In this document: piece by piece, positions 23,773 to 34,220 of the stretch
How the letters are laid out: each line of letters starts with the position of its first letter
Position numbering within the stretch: the first letter of the stretch is position 1
IMG/VR virus record: IMGVR_UViG_3300042509_001296
Source of the DNA: an uncultured virus (IMG/VR IMGVR_UViG_3300042509_001296)
Lineage: Duplodnaviria > Heunggongvirae > Uroviricota > Caudoviricetes
Strand: one strand, 5' to 3'
DNA length: 64,000 nt
Notes under the pieces: generated by a model
What the model saw: the letters and a program-made list of their open reading frames with translations, nothing else
The model's database searches: none
What the model was told of the DNA's origin: nothing
Translations under genes and position numbers: made by a program

Positions 23773-24589
23773 GATTGATCTAGCAAACTCCTATTGCAGT
23801 GAGCGTGAAGTCACATCTGATTACCGGGGGGCTTTACTCCGAGTTGCCCGCTCAATGCAGGCATTCGGAATCGAGCCGTCCGTGGCCGATATAGAATCCT
23901 TAACGAACCGCTGGCTGGCGAGCCTGAAGCAATCGCCGGTCACGCGGGCCAACTACCGAAGGATGGCTTGGAGTTTGATTCTCTTCGCCATCGAACGCCG
24001 GGAGTGCCGTCAGTTTAACGGTCGGCCGCTGCGAGTCAAATCAAAAATCGCACCGCCAGTTGCATGGTCAATGGCCGAGTTGTCCACGCTGATCTCTGCT
24101 GCCCGGAAGTTGCGAGGAGAACTCAAGCGTGGCTGCCCCGAGTCGCTGTTCATGGAGGCTTGGGTCCGGGTGGGGTTTGAGACGGGCCTTCGATTCTCTG
24201 ATGTGCTGTCGCTGCGGTGTGCTTCGCTTCGTGGTGACAGGCTGTATGTAGTCGCCAACAAAACCGGCGTCCCCATACCAAAGGTCCTGTCGGCCCGGTG
24301 TGTGGAGGTTCTCAAAAACCTAAGTGTCTACTCTGGGGGAGTCGAGTTCTTCCGCCCGATCCTTGCCGAGCGGTGGCTGCGGATCAGGTTCAGGAGGCTG
24401 TGTCAGTCTGCTGGTCTGTCGGGCACACCTAAATGGCTTAGGCGTAGTGGTGCCACCCACTGTGAGATCAGGCAGCCGGGTTCAGCCAAGAAGTTCTTGG
24501 GTCACCTATCAGATGGTCTTGCTATGAAACACTATGTAGACCAAACCCTACTTCCAGATCAGTGCCCCGCTCCTCCACCAATCCCCTAG
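23771..24589 (+). CDS. int: Tyrosine recombinase / integrase
   Basis: ETGLRFSD, KTG, KWLRRSGAT, LGH, KHY; AAGGA RBS. Confidence 0.88.
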   Translation: MIDLANSYCSEREVTSDYRGALLRVARSMQAFGIEPSVADIESLTNRWLASLKQSPVTRANYRRMAWSLILFAIERRECRQFNGRPLRVKSKIAPPVAWSMAELSTLISAARKLRGELKRGCPESLFMEAWVRVGFETGLRFSDVLSLRCASLRGDRLYVVANKTGVPIPKVLSARCVEVLKNLSVYSGGVEFFRPILAERWLRIRFRRLCQSAGLSGTPKWLRRSGATHCEIRQPGSAKKFLGHLSDGLAMKHYVDQTLLPDQCPAPPPIP

Positions 24590-27500
24590 TAGTTCATTGG
24601 GTTGTAGACATCGGGCTTGACCTTGGATGCCGCCCTTCGCTCTTTCCTCAACTGCCTATCCAGTTGATACATCTGCTGGGTTCTCTCGTCCACGAACGGG
24701 AGGAGTTCCTTGGGGATGTAGGTGGAGTCGTAGGACCGAACTGCCGGGTTGCTGTCGAGCAACTCCTTGATGGTCTCTAGTGCGTCCCTCGACTTCTCGG
24801 CATCGTCAATGTTCTCGACCTTCACGCCCGATGTCATGTTGATGATGTTCTGCAATGCCGCCGCAGTTGGGTCCTCAATGCGGGGGTCAGTACCCTTCCG
24901 CAGTGCTTGCATAGACCGCGAGTAGAACGGCACGGTGAACTGCAATAGTTGGTCGAGTCCACCTGCTGCCGCCATGGTCCCGTAGTCTTCATTGGGGTCC
25001 ATCACGCCAGCCCTTGAGAGTAGGGTGGGCAGTGCATTGCGGGCGTAGTTCTTCTTCAGGCCGGTGTAGGCGTCTCTCCCGGTGCCTAACTCATAGGCCA
25101 TCTTGACCAAGGGATGGGCACCTTCTGCCACGTTACCGGCCGACTTAAGCCCGGACTCAAGGAGGTTGATCCGCCCCTCAGGGTCCTTAGCAATCCTTAG
25201 TTTATTGATCTGGTCGATGCCCGGGAGGTCAAAATCAGAAAGCCACGAGGACACGCCCGGTGTTTGGGGAGAGACGATGTCAACAAGTTTGCCCAGCCCC
25301 GGCACTCGCCGGAGTGGCTCCATGGACAGGCCGTACTTGTCCGAGATTCGCCTTGGGACATAGTCCGTCGAGGTGTCGTTCTCGCTTAGGTTCTTGGGTA
25401 GCCTCATGCCCAACTGGGTATAGATGCCACCCGGCTTCTCCAGAATCTTTGTGGCAACCCACTTGGATACGCGGGACTCATAAGCCCAGAAGGGCAGGGC
25501 CGTCCTAATAAACCCACGCTCAAACTTGGTCAAGGAGGAGTAGTCCACCTGTGCCGCCATGATCCGTTTGGCGGCTTCTGCTGGAGCAACTCCTTGGAGA
25601 AGCAGGGCGTTGTAGCCAGAGATGCGGTTGATCTTGTCGGTGTTATCTCCAAGCCGAGCAGACCAACGGAGCATGGGGTTGATGGTCTCTTGGGACTTAA
25701 CCCCATAGGCTGCGTCTACGATTGTCCTGCGGGTGTTGCCGATGGACCGGCCCCAGTTTCCGAGGTTGAACAGTTCGCCCTCCGGCAGCCGGTTGATCGA
25801 GCCGCCCCTACCCCTGAGGCTGTTGCCCGAGATGGCATCCCAAGCGGCATAGCCAAGCGTGTTCTCTGGGATAGCCCCGGCATTGAGTTCAGACCGGATG
25901 CCCTGACTTGACTGCCTGCTTGCAACGGTCTGGCCTACGTCATCAAGTTGGCGACCACGGGAGATTCCCTCTGCGGTCATCTCGTCCATGTAGGTGTTGA
26001 GCCGAACGTCTGGGACCATGCGGGCGTAACGTGGCATCCGGTTCACCACGGTAAGGATGTCTTCCTGACGCCCTTGCACTAGCCCCTTGGCACCGGCGTA
26101 CCCTTGATACAGATCACTGACGTTTCCCACTTCAACAACATTGGAAAACATCCCTGAATACCAATCCCTAACGAAGCGAGCAGGCCACGAAAGGATAGAC
26201 GCTTTCCATAAGGAGGTAACGGCGTCGAGGGTCTTAAAGATTTGGCTCTGAACTTCAGGCACTTGGTAGAAGTCAGCGATCCGGTTGAGTCGGGTGAGGA
26301 GCCTGCTGTCTACGGAGACGTTCCGCAGTTCGTCAAACGTCATGTTGGCGAACTCGGGGATGTTGTTGTTCGTCCCAATCTCCCTGAGCCGGTTCATCAC
26401 GTTGACTCGGGCACCCTGATAGTCCCCAACTAGAACGCCACCCCTTCGGACTTGATGGCCAACAGGACCAGCCAGCGGGCCAGCATTGAGGTTGTTGTAG
26501 GTCTTCAGGTCTAGGGCATTGAGGACATCCCCTAGTCGTGTGGCCCCACCGCCCGGTACTTGGTGAGCGTGTTGGTTAATGGCCGAACTGGAGATCATGT
26601 TCGTCAGGGTTCCGGCCCTGCGAATGGCCCTCTCTCTGCCGCCGATGTACTTGTTGATGGCCTCAAGCGGGTTGCCGAAGATCGGCAGACGCCCATCGAC
26701 AGCCTCATCTGAGAGCCCGTGCATCTTTCGTGCGAGGGACACAGCCTGCTGGCGGGTGTACGTTGCTGGCCGCCTATTGCGGACGGGCAGTGTGCCAGCC
26801 CTAGATAGTGCGGCTTCCTTGTCAGCCATCCGGTCAAGGATGTACTGGGCGGCCATCTCGTCGCTGCCTGCCCGCCGGTTTCTGCCAGCCACCATCCGAT
26901 CCAAGGACAACTCTTGGAGGGTGTTCGTCCCGCCGGGTACATGGAATGCGGTGTCTCGGGCCATCTGGTCGCCGGTCATCACCGAGAACGACCTGCCCCC
27001 AGTGGGTGCGGAGTTGGCCCCACCAAAGGACATATCGTCTAGGACTCGCGGGAAGTAGCCGTGGCCGAACCTGTCTTGCAGCCTGCTCGACCCAATGCCC
27101 GCCTGCCTGCTGCGGTTTAGGTACTCCTCCGACATCCGCTGGAAGGTGTCCGTGAACTCCCCTATGCGGGCTGCGTCACCAGTTGCAGTGCCAGCCCTGA
27201 AGTCCGTAAGGGCCCTAAGCACTTCGTCGTGTGCAGCAAGGGTGTCCCCAGTAAGGGTCGGCCCCACACCTTCGATCACATTGCGGATGCCGTTCAATGT
27301 CCGGGTGTCGGTGGCAACGTCCTGCATCTGGGGCAGGAGATTGACCAGCCGCCTCGACCTGAGCCGTGCGATCTTGTCTGCCGCCTCATCCCCACGGGAA
27401 AGAGCAATGGTCCCCACTTGGCTGGCTGCGTCGGTCGCCCCGTGCAGTTGTCGAGAGAAGCCCGAGGTGACGAATGCCCCCGGCCTCGACCATCGGGCTG

Positions 27501-28395
27501 CTGATCCCAGAGTGTCCAGACCACGGGACAGCCATTGACCACCGGGCAGGTTGACCCCCATGCCCATGAAGGTCAGGTCATTGGACAGCCGGGTGTCCCT
27601 GAGGGCGTCAAGTTGGGCAGCCGGGTCAGGGTTCCAGCCACCCTTCCGATACAGGTGGTCCTGAAGGCTGTTGACTGCCTCGTCGTAGTGTTCCTGCCCC
27701 CAATCCCTTTGCCTCTCAAGGAGTTCGCCAAGGGTCTGCTCTCGCCTAGACTCTCGCCATCCAGCAAGGGGGCGGGCAAACAGGTCTTCGTCGGTCAGGC
27801 GGGTGAGGTCTTTGCCGTACTCCCTCGCCCAGAAGTCCCGGGACTGAGCGGCCACACCACCCTGAAAGTCTTCGGCCCGCCGGGTCCCATTGATGATGTC
27901 ATCCACCCATGTTCTGGACATGGCACGAGCGGAGTCATCGAGAATCCCGGCAGCCTTGGCAGCACGACCAGCCTTGTTGAGCCCTCCACCGAGGGGACCA
28001 AAACCCGTGTAGGTGAGCGGGTCTAGGGCTGCTTCTGTGGCGAAAGAGGCTAGTGGGCGTCCCCAACCACCGAGAGTGTTCTCGTTGATATGGACGCCAT
28101 GCTTCTCAAGAACGTCCAGACCAGAGGGGTTAGACCCATAGGGCTTATCGGCGGCAACTTCCCTAGCCCGGGAGCCTAGCCAGTTAAGCCCACCAAAGAG
28201 ACCTGAGACAGCGGAGGAGCCGTAGTCGGAGAGTTGCTGGAGTAGTTCGCTCCGCTCCCCCTCGGACATCGAGCCGGGTGCTACCTCGTCATCGGTCCCG
28301 TTGTAGCCAAGTCCGTACTGTGCCCCATAGCCAATGGGTGCCTTGCGGGCCTTGGCTGGACTCTGGGTCGGAGCGTAAGAAAAACCATAGGACAT
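24586..28395 (-). CDS. Large internal virion (ejection) protein
   Basis: 1269 aa; last gene of podovirus-like virion block; DYSSLT.FE...PFW motif. Confidence 0.65.
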   Translation of the reverse strand: MSYGFSYAPTQSPAKARKAPIGYGAQYGLGYNGTDDEVAPGSMSEGERSELLQQLSDYGSSAVSGLFGGLNWLGSRAREVAADKPYGSNPSGLDVLEKHGVHINENTLGGWGRPLASFATEAALDPLTYTGFGPLGGGLNKAGRAAKAAGILDDSARAMSRTWVDDIINGTRRAEDFQGGVAAQSRDFWAREYGKDLTRLTDEDLFARPLAGWRESRREQTLGELLERQRDWGQEHYDEAVNSLQDHLYRKGGWNPDPAAQLDALRDTRLSNDLTFMGMGVNLPGGQWLSRGLDTLGSAARWSRPGAFVTSGFSRQLHGATDAASQVGTIALSRGDEAADKIARLRSRRLVNLLPQMQDVATDTRTLNGIRNVIEGVGPTLTGDTLAAHDEVLRALTDFRAGTATGDAARIGEFTDTFQRMSEEYLNRSRQAGIGSSRLQDRFGHGYFPRVLDDMSFGGANSAPTGGRSFSVMTGDQMARDTAFHVPGGTNTLQELSLDRMVAGRNRRAGSDEMAAQYILDRMADKEAALSRAGTLPVRNRRPATYTRQQAVSLARKMHGLSDEAVDGRLPIFGNPLEAINKYIGGRERAIRRAGTLTNMISSSAINQHAHQVPGGGATRLGDVLNALDLKTYNNLNAGPLAGPVGHQVRRGGVLVGDYQGARVNVMNRLREIGTNNNIPEFANMTFDELRNVSVDSRLLTRLNRIADFYQVPEVQSQIFKTLDAVTSLWKASILSWPARFVRDWYSGMFSNVVEVGNVSDLYQGYAGAKGLVQGRQEDILTVVNRMPRYARMVPDVRLNTYMDEMTAEGISRGRQLDDVGQTVASRQSSQGIRSELNAGAIPENTLGYAAWDAISGNSLRGRGGSINRLPEGELFNLGNWGRSIGNTRRTIVDAAYGVKSQETINPMLRWSARLGDNTDKINRISGYNALLLQGVAPAEAAKRIMAAQVDYSSLTKFERGFIRTALPFWAYESRVSKWVATKILEKPGGIYTQLGMRLPKNLSENDTSTDYVPRRISDKYGLSMEPLRRVPGLGKLVDIVSPQTPGVSSWLSDFDLPGIDQINKLRIAKDPEGRINLLESGLKSAGNVAEGAHPLVKMAYELGTGRDAYTGLKKNYARNALPTLLSRAGVMDPNEDYGTMAAAGGLDQLLQFTVPFYSRSMQALRKGTDPRIEDPTAAALQNIINMTSGVKVENIDDAEKSRDALETIKELLDSNPAVRSYDSTYIPKELLPFVDERTQQMYQLDRQLRKERRAASKVKPDVYNPMNY

Positions 28396-30602
28396 TACTT
28401 ACCGCCACTGGCTGGTCCCGCAAACGCCGAGGGGTCAAGCCCCTGCTGGCCGCCGAACAACCAGCCGCCCATCGAAGACAGGCCGCCGCCGATTGCACCC
28501 AGCCCTGACGTTATGTTGCCCATGATCCCGGCACTTGGCGGGGCACCAAAGACTTGCTGGTACAGGGGAACAAACCTTGGGTCCTTCTCTGGAATGCCCG
28601 TGACCTGAGAGAACACAGAGGCGTCTGCCGGAACGGACGGGTCGTTCTGGGTGGCCGCCCGAATGAATGCCAACTGGTCGTGACTAAGGGGCTCACCGCT
28701 GGCAAGGTGCTGCTGGACGAGCGGAGTGGCGATCCTCCGAACCTCTGCCTTGCGGGCGTTCTGGTCCTTATCCATACCGGGCATGGATGCTGCGTGGGTG
28801 TTGATCTGGGCCCAAGTATCCATGCCGATGCCACCCTGCTGGATACGGGTCATCTGCTGGCTGATCTTGTCGCCCGGGGTCTGGCTAGTTCCCATGTGTG
28901 CTGCCCACTGGGACATGGCCTCATTGTCGATCTCGCCACGGGTAAGCATGGCGGCCATCTTGTCCCAGCCCATCCCCGGCTGCGAACCGTGGGCCAGCAT
29001 CAGGACATTGGCCCGCTCCTCTGGGCTCTTGGCGTTCTGGAGGGAGTCGAAGAACGAGATTTGCCCCTCGCTCATCCCGTACTTCCTTGCCCGGTTGTAC
29101 TGGTCACGACTCTGCTGGACTGCGAGCCAGCGGTTCTGGGTCTGCCGTGCCTTAAGGCCGTCAATGTACGAGCCGTTCATGAAAGCCGCAGCCCCGGTTG
29201 CATCCCCCGGATTCTGCTGAAGGTACGAACGGTACATCTTCTGGAGATCGGCAATGGACAGGCCGTCTTCCTTGAGTTCGCGGGCATACCGTCGAGCCAT
29301 GGTCTGGCCCCACTGGTTCGACCTGCGATCATCCATCATGCCCTTCATGCGGTCATTGGCTACCAGCCGCTGGCCACCGCCCGGGATGTCGGCAACGTCA
29401 TAGTTCTTAGAGAGTTGCTGCTGACGGGTAGCCACTCGGTGAACATCTGCCTCAAGTTGGGCGACGTTGTCCCCGTATGCACGGTGGTCAATGCCCAGAA
29501 TCTCGGCAGCCTGCCGGATGTTGCCGCCCTGCATGGCAGCCGTAGCCGCCGGGAGGTCAAACCCACGGGGCACAAACCCACCAGCCTCGCCAGCACCTTC
29601 ATCCCAAACGTGATAGCCGCCCCGTGCAGTACGGGGCTTGCCGTCTAGGTGAGTGCCGATCTTCTCTCGCTGCTCGGGGGTCATCAGGTCGAGCGGCGTG
29701 TTGTCCGCTACGCCCCTTCGGCCCTGAAGGATGGTGTCATCGTCAACGTCTACTCGTGGATCAGGCCCAGCCCCGCCGTGGTTGGGGAACTGGGACAGGT
29801 TCTGGGAGAGGATTTGGTCAAGGAGGTTGCCTGCTTCCATGGGGGGAAGGTCAGGGGTAACGCCCTTGGTCTTAAGCCATTCCTCAAAGGTCAGGCCCAT
29901 GGTCTGGGACATACCTTCGTTCTTCATTTCGATGTCATAGGCCTGACGAAGGGAGTCCATGCCGCCAGTAAGGCCAGCGGACGCACGGTGCTGGTTCCAT
30001 GCAGCCACCGAACCGGGCAGAGTTTCCTCACCGGGAAGGGCAGCCTCGGCCGCATCGCCCCATCCGCCTCGAAGTTGGCTGTTCGAGTTCGCTCGCCGCT
30101 GATCGGCAGCACCTCGACGCCTAGGGTCACCAGTGAAGCCACGGGAGGGTGGCTGGACTTCTGGCTCTGGAGGTAGGGCAGGGTTCATCTGAGCCTGATT
30201 GGCCGCAGCCTGCTGGTTCATGCTCTGGGTTGCCGCCGCCTGAAGTGCCCTGCCTTGGGCCGCCTGCCCCTCTCCGGCCTCCGGCACTGGGACCTCGGGC
30301 TGCTGCAACTGGACGGTCGAAGCCTGCTGGTTCAGCCAAGCCTCGTTGTTGGCGTGGCTCTCTACTGCTGCCTGTTGTGCGGCTGCCTGACGATCAAGCC
30401 CCTGCTGGAAGTCTGCACCAGCGGACATGACATCCTCTGGGGAGAACTGGGCTCCCGTGGGTGGGGGCATCTGACCCTGCTGATAGGCCTCCATCCACCC
30501 TTGGGGTGCTGGCTCTGCCTGCTGCTGTGGGATTGCAGTGGGAGGGAACGGGGCTTGGCCGTTGCGTCGAGCCTCGGCAATCCGCCTAAGTGTTTCGCTC
30601 AT
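28395..30602 (-). CDS. Internal virion protein, Gln/Ala-rich
   Basis: 735 aa; composition and position. Confidence 0.6.
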   Translation of the reverse strand: MSETLRRIAEARRNGQAPFPPTAIPQQQAEPAPQGWMEAYQQGQMPPPTGAQFSPEDVMSAGADFQQGLDRQAAAQQAAVESHANNEAWLNQQASTVQLQQPEVPVPEAGEGQAAQGRALQAAATQSMNQQAAANQAQMNPALPPEPEVQPPSRGFTGDPRRRGAADQRRANSNSQLRGGWGDAAEAALPGEETLPGSVAAWNQHRASAGLTGGMDSLRQAYDIEMKNEGMSQTMGLTFEEWLKTKGVTPDLPPMEAGNLLDQILSQNLSQFPNHGGAGPDPRVDVDDDTILQGRRGVADNTPLDLMTPEQREKIGTHLDGKPRTARGGYHVWDEGAGEAGGFVPRGFDLPAATAAMQGGNIRQAAEILGIDHRAYGDNVAQLEADVHRVATRQQQLSKNYDVADIPGGGQRLVANDRMKGMMDDRRSNQWGQTMARRYARELKEDGLSIADLQKMYRSYLQQNPGDATGAAAFMNGSYIDGLKARQTQNRWLAVQQSRDQYNRARKYGMSEGQISFFDSLQNAKSPEERANVLMLAHGSQPGMGWDKMAAMLTRGEIDNEAMSQWAAHMGTSQTPGDKISQQMTRIQQGGIGMDTWAQINTHAASMPGMDKDQNARKAEVRRIATPLVQQHLASGEPLSHDQLAFIRAATQNDPSVPADASVFSQVTGIPEKDPRFVPLYQQVFGAPPSAGIMGNITSGLGAIGGGLSSMGGWLFGGQQGLDPSAFAGPASGGK

Positions 30603-30605
30603 GTC

Positions 30606-33600
30606 TTATCTCCACTGCTGTGCGGTCTGGGGAATGCCGGTTGGGATTTTGGAGTTGCTCTGCTGCATGGACTGCATCAGGCGAATGCGGGCAGCGGAGT
30701 CCAAAGACCGTGGCACTGCGAACGGATCGCTCGGGGGTGCCTCGATCCCAAGGCCGCCCTCTCCGTCCATTCCAAGTCCACCTTCCCCCGGCATACCTCC
30801 ACCTGCACCCGTCCCGCCAGTGGCATTTGATTGGTTGACCCGGTTGCCGAGGCTCGTAATACCGCCCATGATTCCAAGGACGGCAGCACCACCAACGCCA
30901 ACCCTTCCAGCCTGCTTCACCCGGGTGCCCCAAGTGGGCGCGGGCTTGGCGTCTTGCACTGTCTTAACGGTCGGGTCAGCCTTCTTGTCCTTGGGGGTGG
31001 CCTCACTGCCAGTACCCGGCGGAATGGTTTCAGCCTCGTCGGCAGGACGGTCAGCCTCGACATCTCGGGGTGCTTCGGCTTCGTCAGCCTTGAATGCGGC
31101 AGTGGCTTCGGGATCGTCCACTACCACATCTTCTGGCACTGCACCCGTGTCGGCGTCTAGTGGGTTAGGCCCATCGTCAACTATGTCGGCACTGCTGGCC
31201 GAGTCCAGTGGATCAATGGGGGCATCGGGATCGGGGGCTGGGGCTTCCACCACAACAGGGTCTGCTGGCGGTGCCTCGGGTGGAGGGGCTTCAGCCTCTG
31301 GTGCCGGTGCAGTATCAGGCCTGCTCTCAATGACAGGTGCCTCGGCGTCGGTGGCCACCTCGGCCTCTACCTTAGGTGCCTGCTCTGTGTCTGCGGGGTT
31401 GGCAGCACCATCAGCCTTTGCCTTTTTCTCCTTGATCTTTCCACCAAGGGGAGGGCCCTTCTTTGGCTTCTTCGCAGACAGGATGCCGGTCATCTTGTCG
31501 GTGTCAGTGGACTTGCGGAGCAGACCCTGAAGCCGCTCGATCTCGGACTCATGGCCAGCAATGGACGCCTCATGCTCGGCGTACATGGGCTTGAGTTGTT
31601 CCCTGATTTCCTTGGCACGAGCAGGAGTAAGGCCCTCTACCTGAAGTTCCTCTTGGAGTTTGACGATCTCGGGCGAGTAGTTGTCTACCTTCCCAGAGAG
31701 TTCATCAATCTGCTTGAGGATTTCGGAGGTACGGAGTTCGCCACCACCCTTCAGCCCCGGCAGGCGGTCGGACATCTCGTCGGCCATGCGGGCCCGAGTC
31801 TCCAGTTCGCCCCCTTCAAACATTGGGTTACGCCGGTTGTGGTCGTACATCCAATCTTCGTAGGACGAACCGGCACCGGGCTTGTACTCGCCACCCTCAA
31901 AGTTGCGGTAGGCCTGCTTGTGCTGGTCGGGTCCAGACAAATCCTTGTAGGAAGACTGCCCGCCACCAAACGTCTTGAACATCTCGGGCTCTTCGCCCGC
32001 TGCCTGATTGCGGTTGGCGACATAGGTCCCGCCTTCCCGTGCCTCCACGGTAAAGCCATTGGCTTCAGCGTCAGCCTTCCACTTCGCCAGTGCCTGAGCG
32101 GAGTTCTCGCCATGCTCGGCAGGATCGAACGACCGGGTGGCCGTTGCACTTGGGGAGTTCGTGGGCTCCTGTGCGGGCGGTCGAGTGGGCTTGCTGGGAG
32201 TCTGGACGTATTCGTCGCTCATCAAGTAGTTGTTGAACTGGCTGTCGCGGGTCCGCTCTAGCAGGCGGTCGCTCTGCTCCATGGACTCGGCAAGCATTTC
32301 CTCAAAGGACTTGCGAGTGTGGGTGCCAGCCGTGTTTGGGATGCCACGACCAAGGCCACGCCAATCTCGGAAGCCTTCCTTGGGGACAGTGTTCGGGTCC
32401 ATCGAAGTCCCTGATGGCACAGCCGGTTCCGATGAAGCCGGGGCAGGGGACATCGAGGCTGGGTCTACGGGGGTCCCGGTCTGGGCACCTTCACCCCACT
32501 GGCTACCAAAGCGTTCGGCAAAGACCTTCTCCATCGCGTCGATGGCTTGGGTGCGGAACACTTCCTTGTCGGCATTGCCGGGGAGTTCTGGGTGGAACGT
32601 GTCGAGGTAGTCCGTGGCCCCCTTGGCAGTTGTGGCTTCAAACTTCCTGACAGTGTCGGTTGCATCCGCCCGTTGGCCGGGAGTGATGGGCATGACATCG
32701 AACCACTCGGGCTTCATGTTCCGAACGTACTGCTCGGCCATCTGCCGTGGGCTGGCGAATACCTGATTGGGGATCAGGGCGTTCTTCCCCATCTTGGTCT
32801 GGAGAAGTTGCCAAGCATCCATGGCCGTGTCACGGCTGCCACGCTTGGGGGTGTAGATGTTGGAACTGAGGCTGCCCTCAATGAGGTTTCGTCCAGTGCG
32901 GTCAAACTGGGCTGCCGGAGTGCTTTCCCCGGCGTCAGCCAGCCCGTCTTTAATGGGGAACGGCTTCTGGGGTGGCGGAACAGAGGCGTCCACGGCAGCC
33001 CGAACCTGATTCAGGATGGCCGCTGCTCCTTCGTCTCCGTCTTGGAACTTCTGCATCAGTTCCATGGCGGCCTGTTGCGATCCGGTTTGGGCAGTCAGGA
33101 GTTGGCCAAAGAGTTGCTCCCTCTGGGCCATGGACTTTTCATAGTGTTCGCCCATTCCCCAAGCAGCATTGTCGGCCCTAGCCAACTGGTGATCGTCGGC
33201 TTCACGGACAATGTTGCCGTTCTCGTCCTGCGTGAATCGGTAGTCAACGCGGAAGTTCTGTCGGTCTCGGACATCGGACTGCCCCATCCCGGGGTCATGG
33301 ATGCCCGCCGCCTTAGGGTCGAGGCCCTTTACTGCCTTGGTGCGGCCAAGCGTCGGGACCTTAGGCTGCTCGCCCGGGGCCTCCTTGAGCATGGCCCCCG
33401 TCTGTGTTGGGGTCGTGCCACGGTCGCTCGGGTCCACGACATAGGAGCCTGAGGTGCCATCCTCTTCGGTCCACTGAGTGGGGCCGCTCTCGGTCTTCTT
33501 GGGGACGCGAGTGTTCTGGGTTCCGGCAATGGCCTCTGCTTGGGCTGCCGTTGGCTCCTTGCCCTCGACGGCGTCCATGATCTTTTGAGCGTCAGACGAG

Positions 33601-33935
33601 AAGACCTGATTGCCCTTAGCATCCACGCCCCTAGGGTTGCGGGCATCCGGCATGGCCTCGATGATCTTCTGCTTCAGCGTCTGCTGCTGGGCATCGGTCA
33701 GGTTGTCCCAGATTTGGGCGAGCGTGGCCCGGTCTTCGGCGGAACCCATGGCCATCTCTCGCATGATTTCAGGCGAGGGGATAGGGCTCTCAACACCGTG
33801 CAGGGTGGAGACTTGCTTCTTGTTCGCCAGCATCCGGCGAATGTTGTCTACGTTGGATGGGCCCGATGGAGCCCCGACTCCCTTGCCGTAGACATGGGGG
33901 CGAGGTGCTTCCGGGTTAAGGCGAGGCATTCCCAT
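30606..33935 (-). CDS. Internal virion protein, Pro/Ala/Asp-rich with hydrophobic C-terminal segment
   Basis: 1109 aa; low-complexity APE/ADP tract; VGVGGAAVLGIMGGI. Confidence 0.6.
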   Translation of the reverse strand: MGMPRLNPEAPRPHVYGKGVGAPSGPSNVDNIRRMLANKKQVSTLHGVESPIPSPEIMREMAMGSAEDRATLAQIWDNLTDAQQQTLKQKIIEAMPDARNPRGVDAKGNQVFSSDAQKIMDAVEGKEPTAAQAEAIAGTQNTRVPKKTESGPTQWTEEDGTSGSYVVDPSDRGTTPTQTGAMLKEAPGEQPKVPTLGRTKAVKGLDPKAAGIHDPGMGQSDVRDRQNFRVDYRFTQDENGNIVREADDHQLARADNAAWGMGEHYEKSMAQREQLFGQLLTAQTGSQQAAMELMQKFQDGDEGAAAILNQVRAAVDASVPPPQKPFPIKDGLADAGESTPAAQFDRTGRNLIEGSLSSNIYTPKRGSRDTAMDAWQLLQTKMGKNALIPNQVFASPRQMAEQYVRNMKPEWFDVMPITPGQRADATDTVRKFEATTAKGATDYLDTFHPELPGNADKEVFRTQAIDAMEKVFAERFGSQWGEGAQTGTPVDPASMSPAPASSEPAVPSGTSMDPNTVPKEGFRDWRGLGRGIPNTAGTHTRKSFEEMLAESMEQSDRLLERTRDSQFNNYLMSDEYVQTPSKPTRPPAQEPTNSPSATATRSFDPAEHGENSAQALAKWKADAEANGFTVEAREGGTYVANRNQAAGEEPEMFKTFGGGQSSYKDLSGPDQHKQAYRNFEGGEYKPGAGSSYEDWMYDHNRRNPMFEGGELETRARMADEMSDRLPGLKGGGELRTSEILKQIDELSGKVDNYSPEIVKLQEELQVEGLTPARAKEIREQLKPMYAEHEASIAGHESEIERLQGLLRKSTDTDKMTGILSAKKPKKGPPLGGKIKEKKAKADGAANPADTEQAPKVEAEVATDAEAPVIESRPDTAPAPEAEAPPPEAPPADPVVVEAPAPDPDAPIDPLDSASSADIVDDGPNPLDADTGAVPEDVVVDDPEATAAFKADEAEAPRDVEADRPADEAETIPPGTGSEATPKDKKADPTVKTVQDAKPAPTWGTRVKQAGRVGVGGAAVLGIMGGITSLGNRVNQSNATGGTGAGGGMPGEGGLGMDGEGGLGIEAPPSDPFAVPRSLDSAARIRLMQSMQQSNSKIPTGIPQTAQQWR

Positions 33936-34216
33936 CAGGACTTACCCTTCTTCTTTGGCGTGTCATCGTCGCTGTCGCCAAGGTCGAGCCCCTCGGGGAG
34001 ATCGTCCTTCTGCACCTTAGGGGGCTTGCTGTCGCCCTTCTCTCGGTGGAGGTCCACGAGGTCGTTGTTCTCGTCGGCGTCCTTGTCCTCGTCTTCGTCA
34101 TCACCCTTCTCCCGCTTGCCCTTAATCGTGGACATGCGGGCATAGTGACTCAACGCCTTTCGGAGTTGCTTCGGGGTCATGTCTTCGAGGTCGAGACCAA
34201 CTGGCATATGGGACAT
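33935..34216 (-). CDS. Small highly charged protein
   Basis: 93 aa, coupled to neighbours. Confidence 0.65.
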   Translation of the reverse strand: MSHMPVGLDLEDMTPKQLRKALSHYARMSTIKGKREKGDDEDEDKDADENNDLVDLHREKGDSKPPKVQKDDLPEGLDLGDSDDDTPKKKGKS

Positions 34217-34220
34217 TTAA

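Noticed and set aside
24586..33935. Virion RNA polymerase to read the hairpin elements
   Set aside because: No DxDGD or T7-like polymerase motifs recognised, and the proteins are far smaller than N4 vRNAP; structure search would be needed to exclude it fully.
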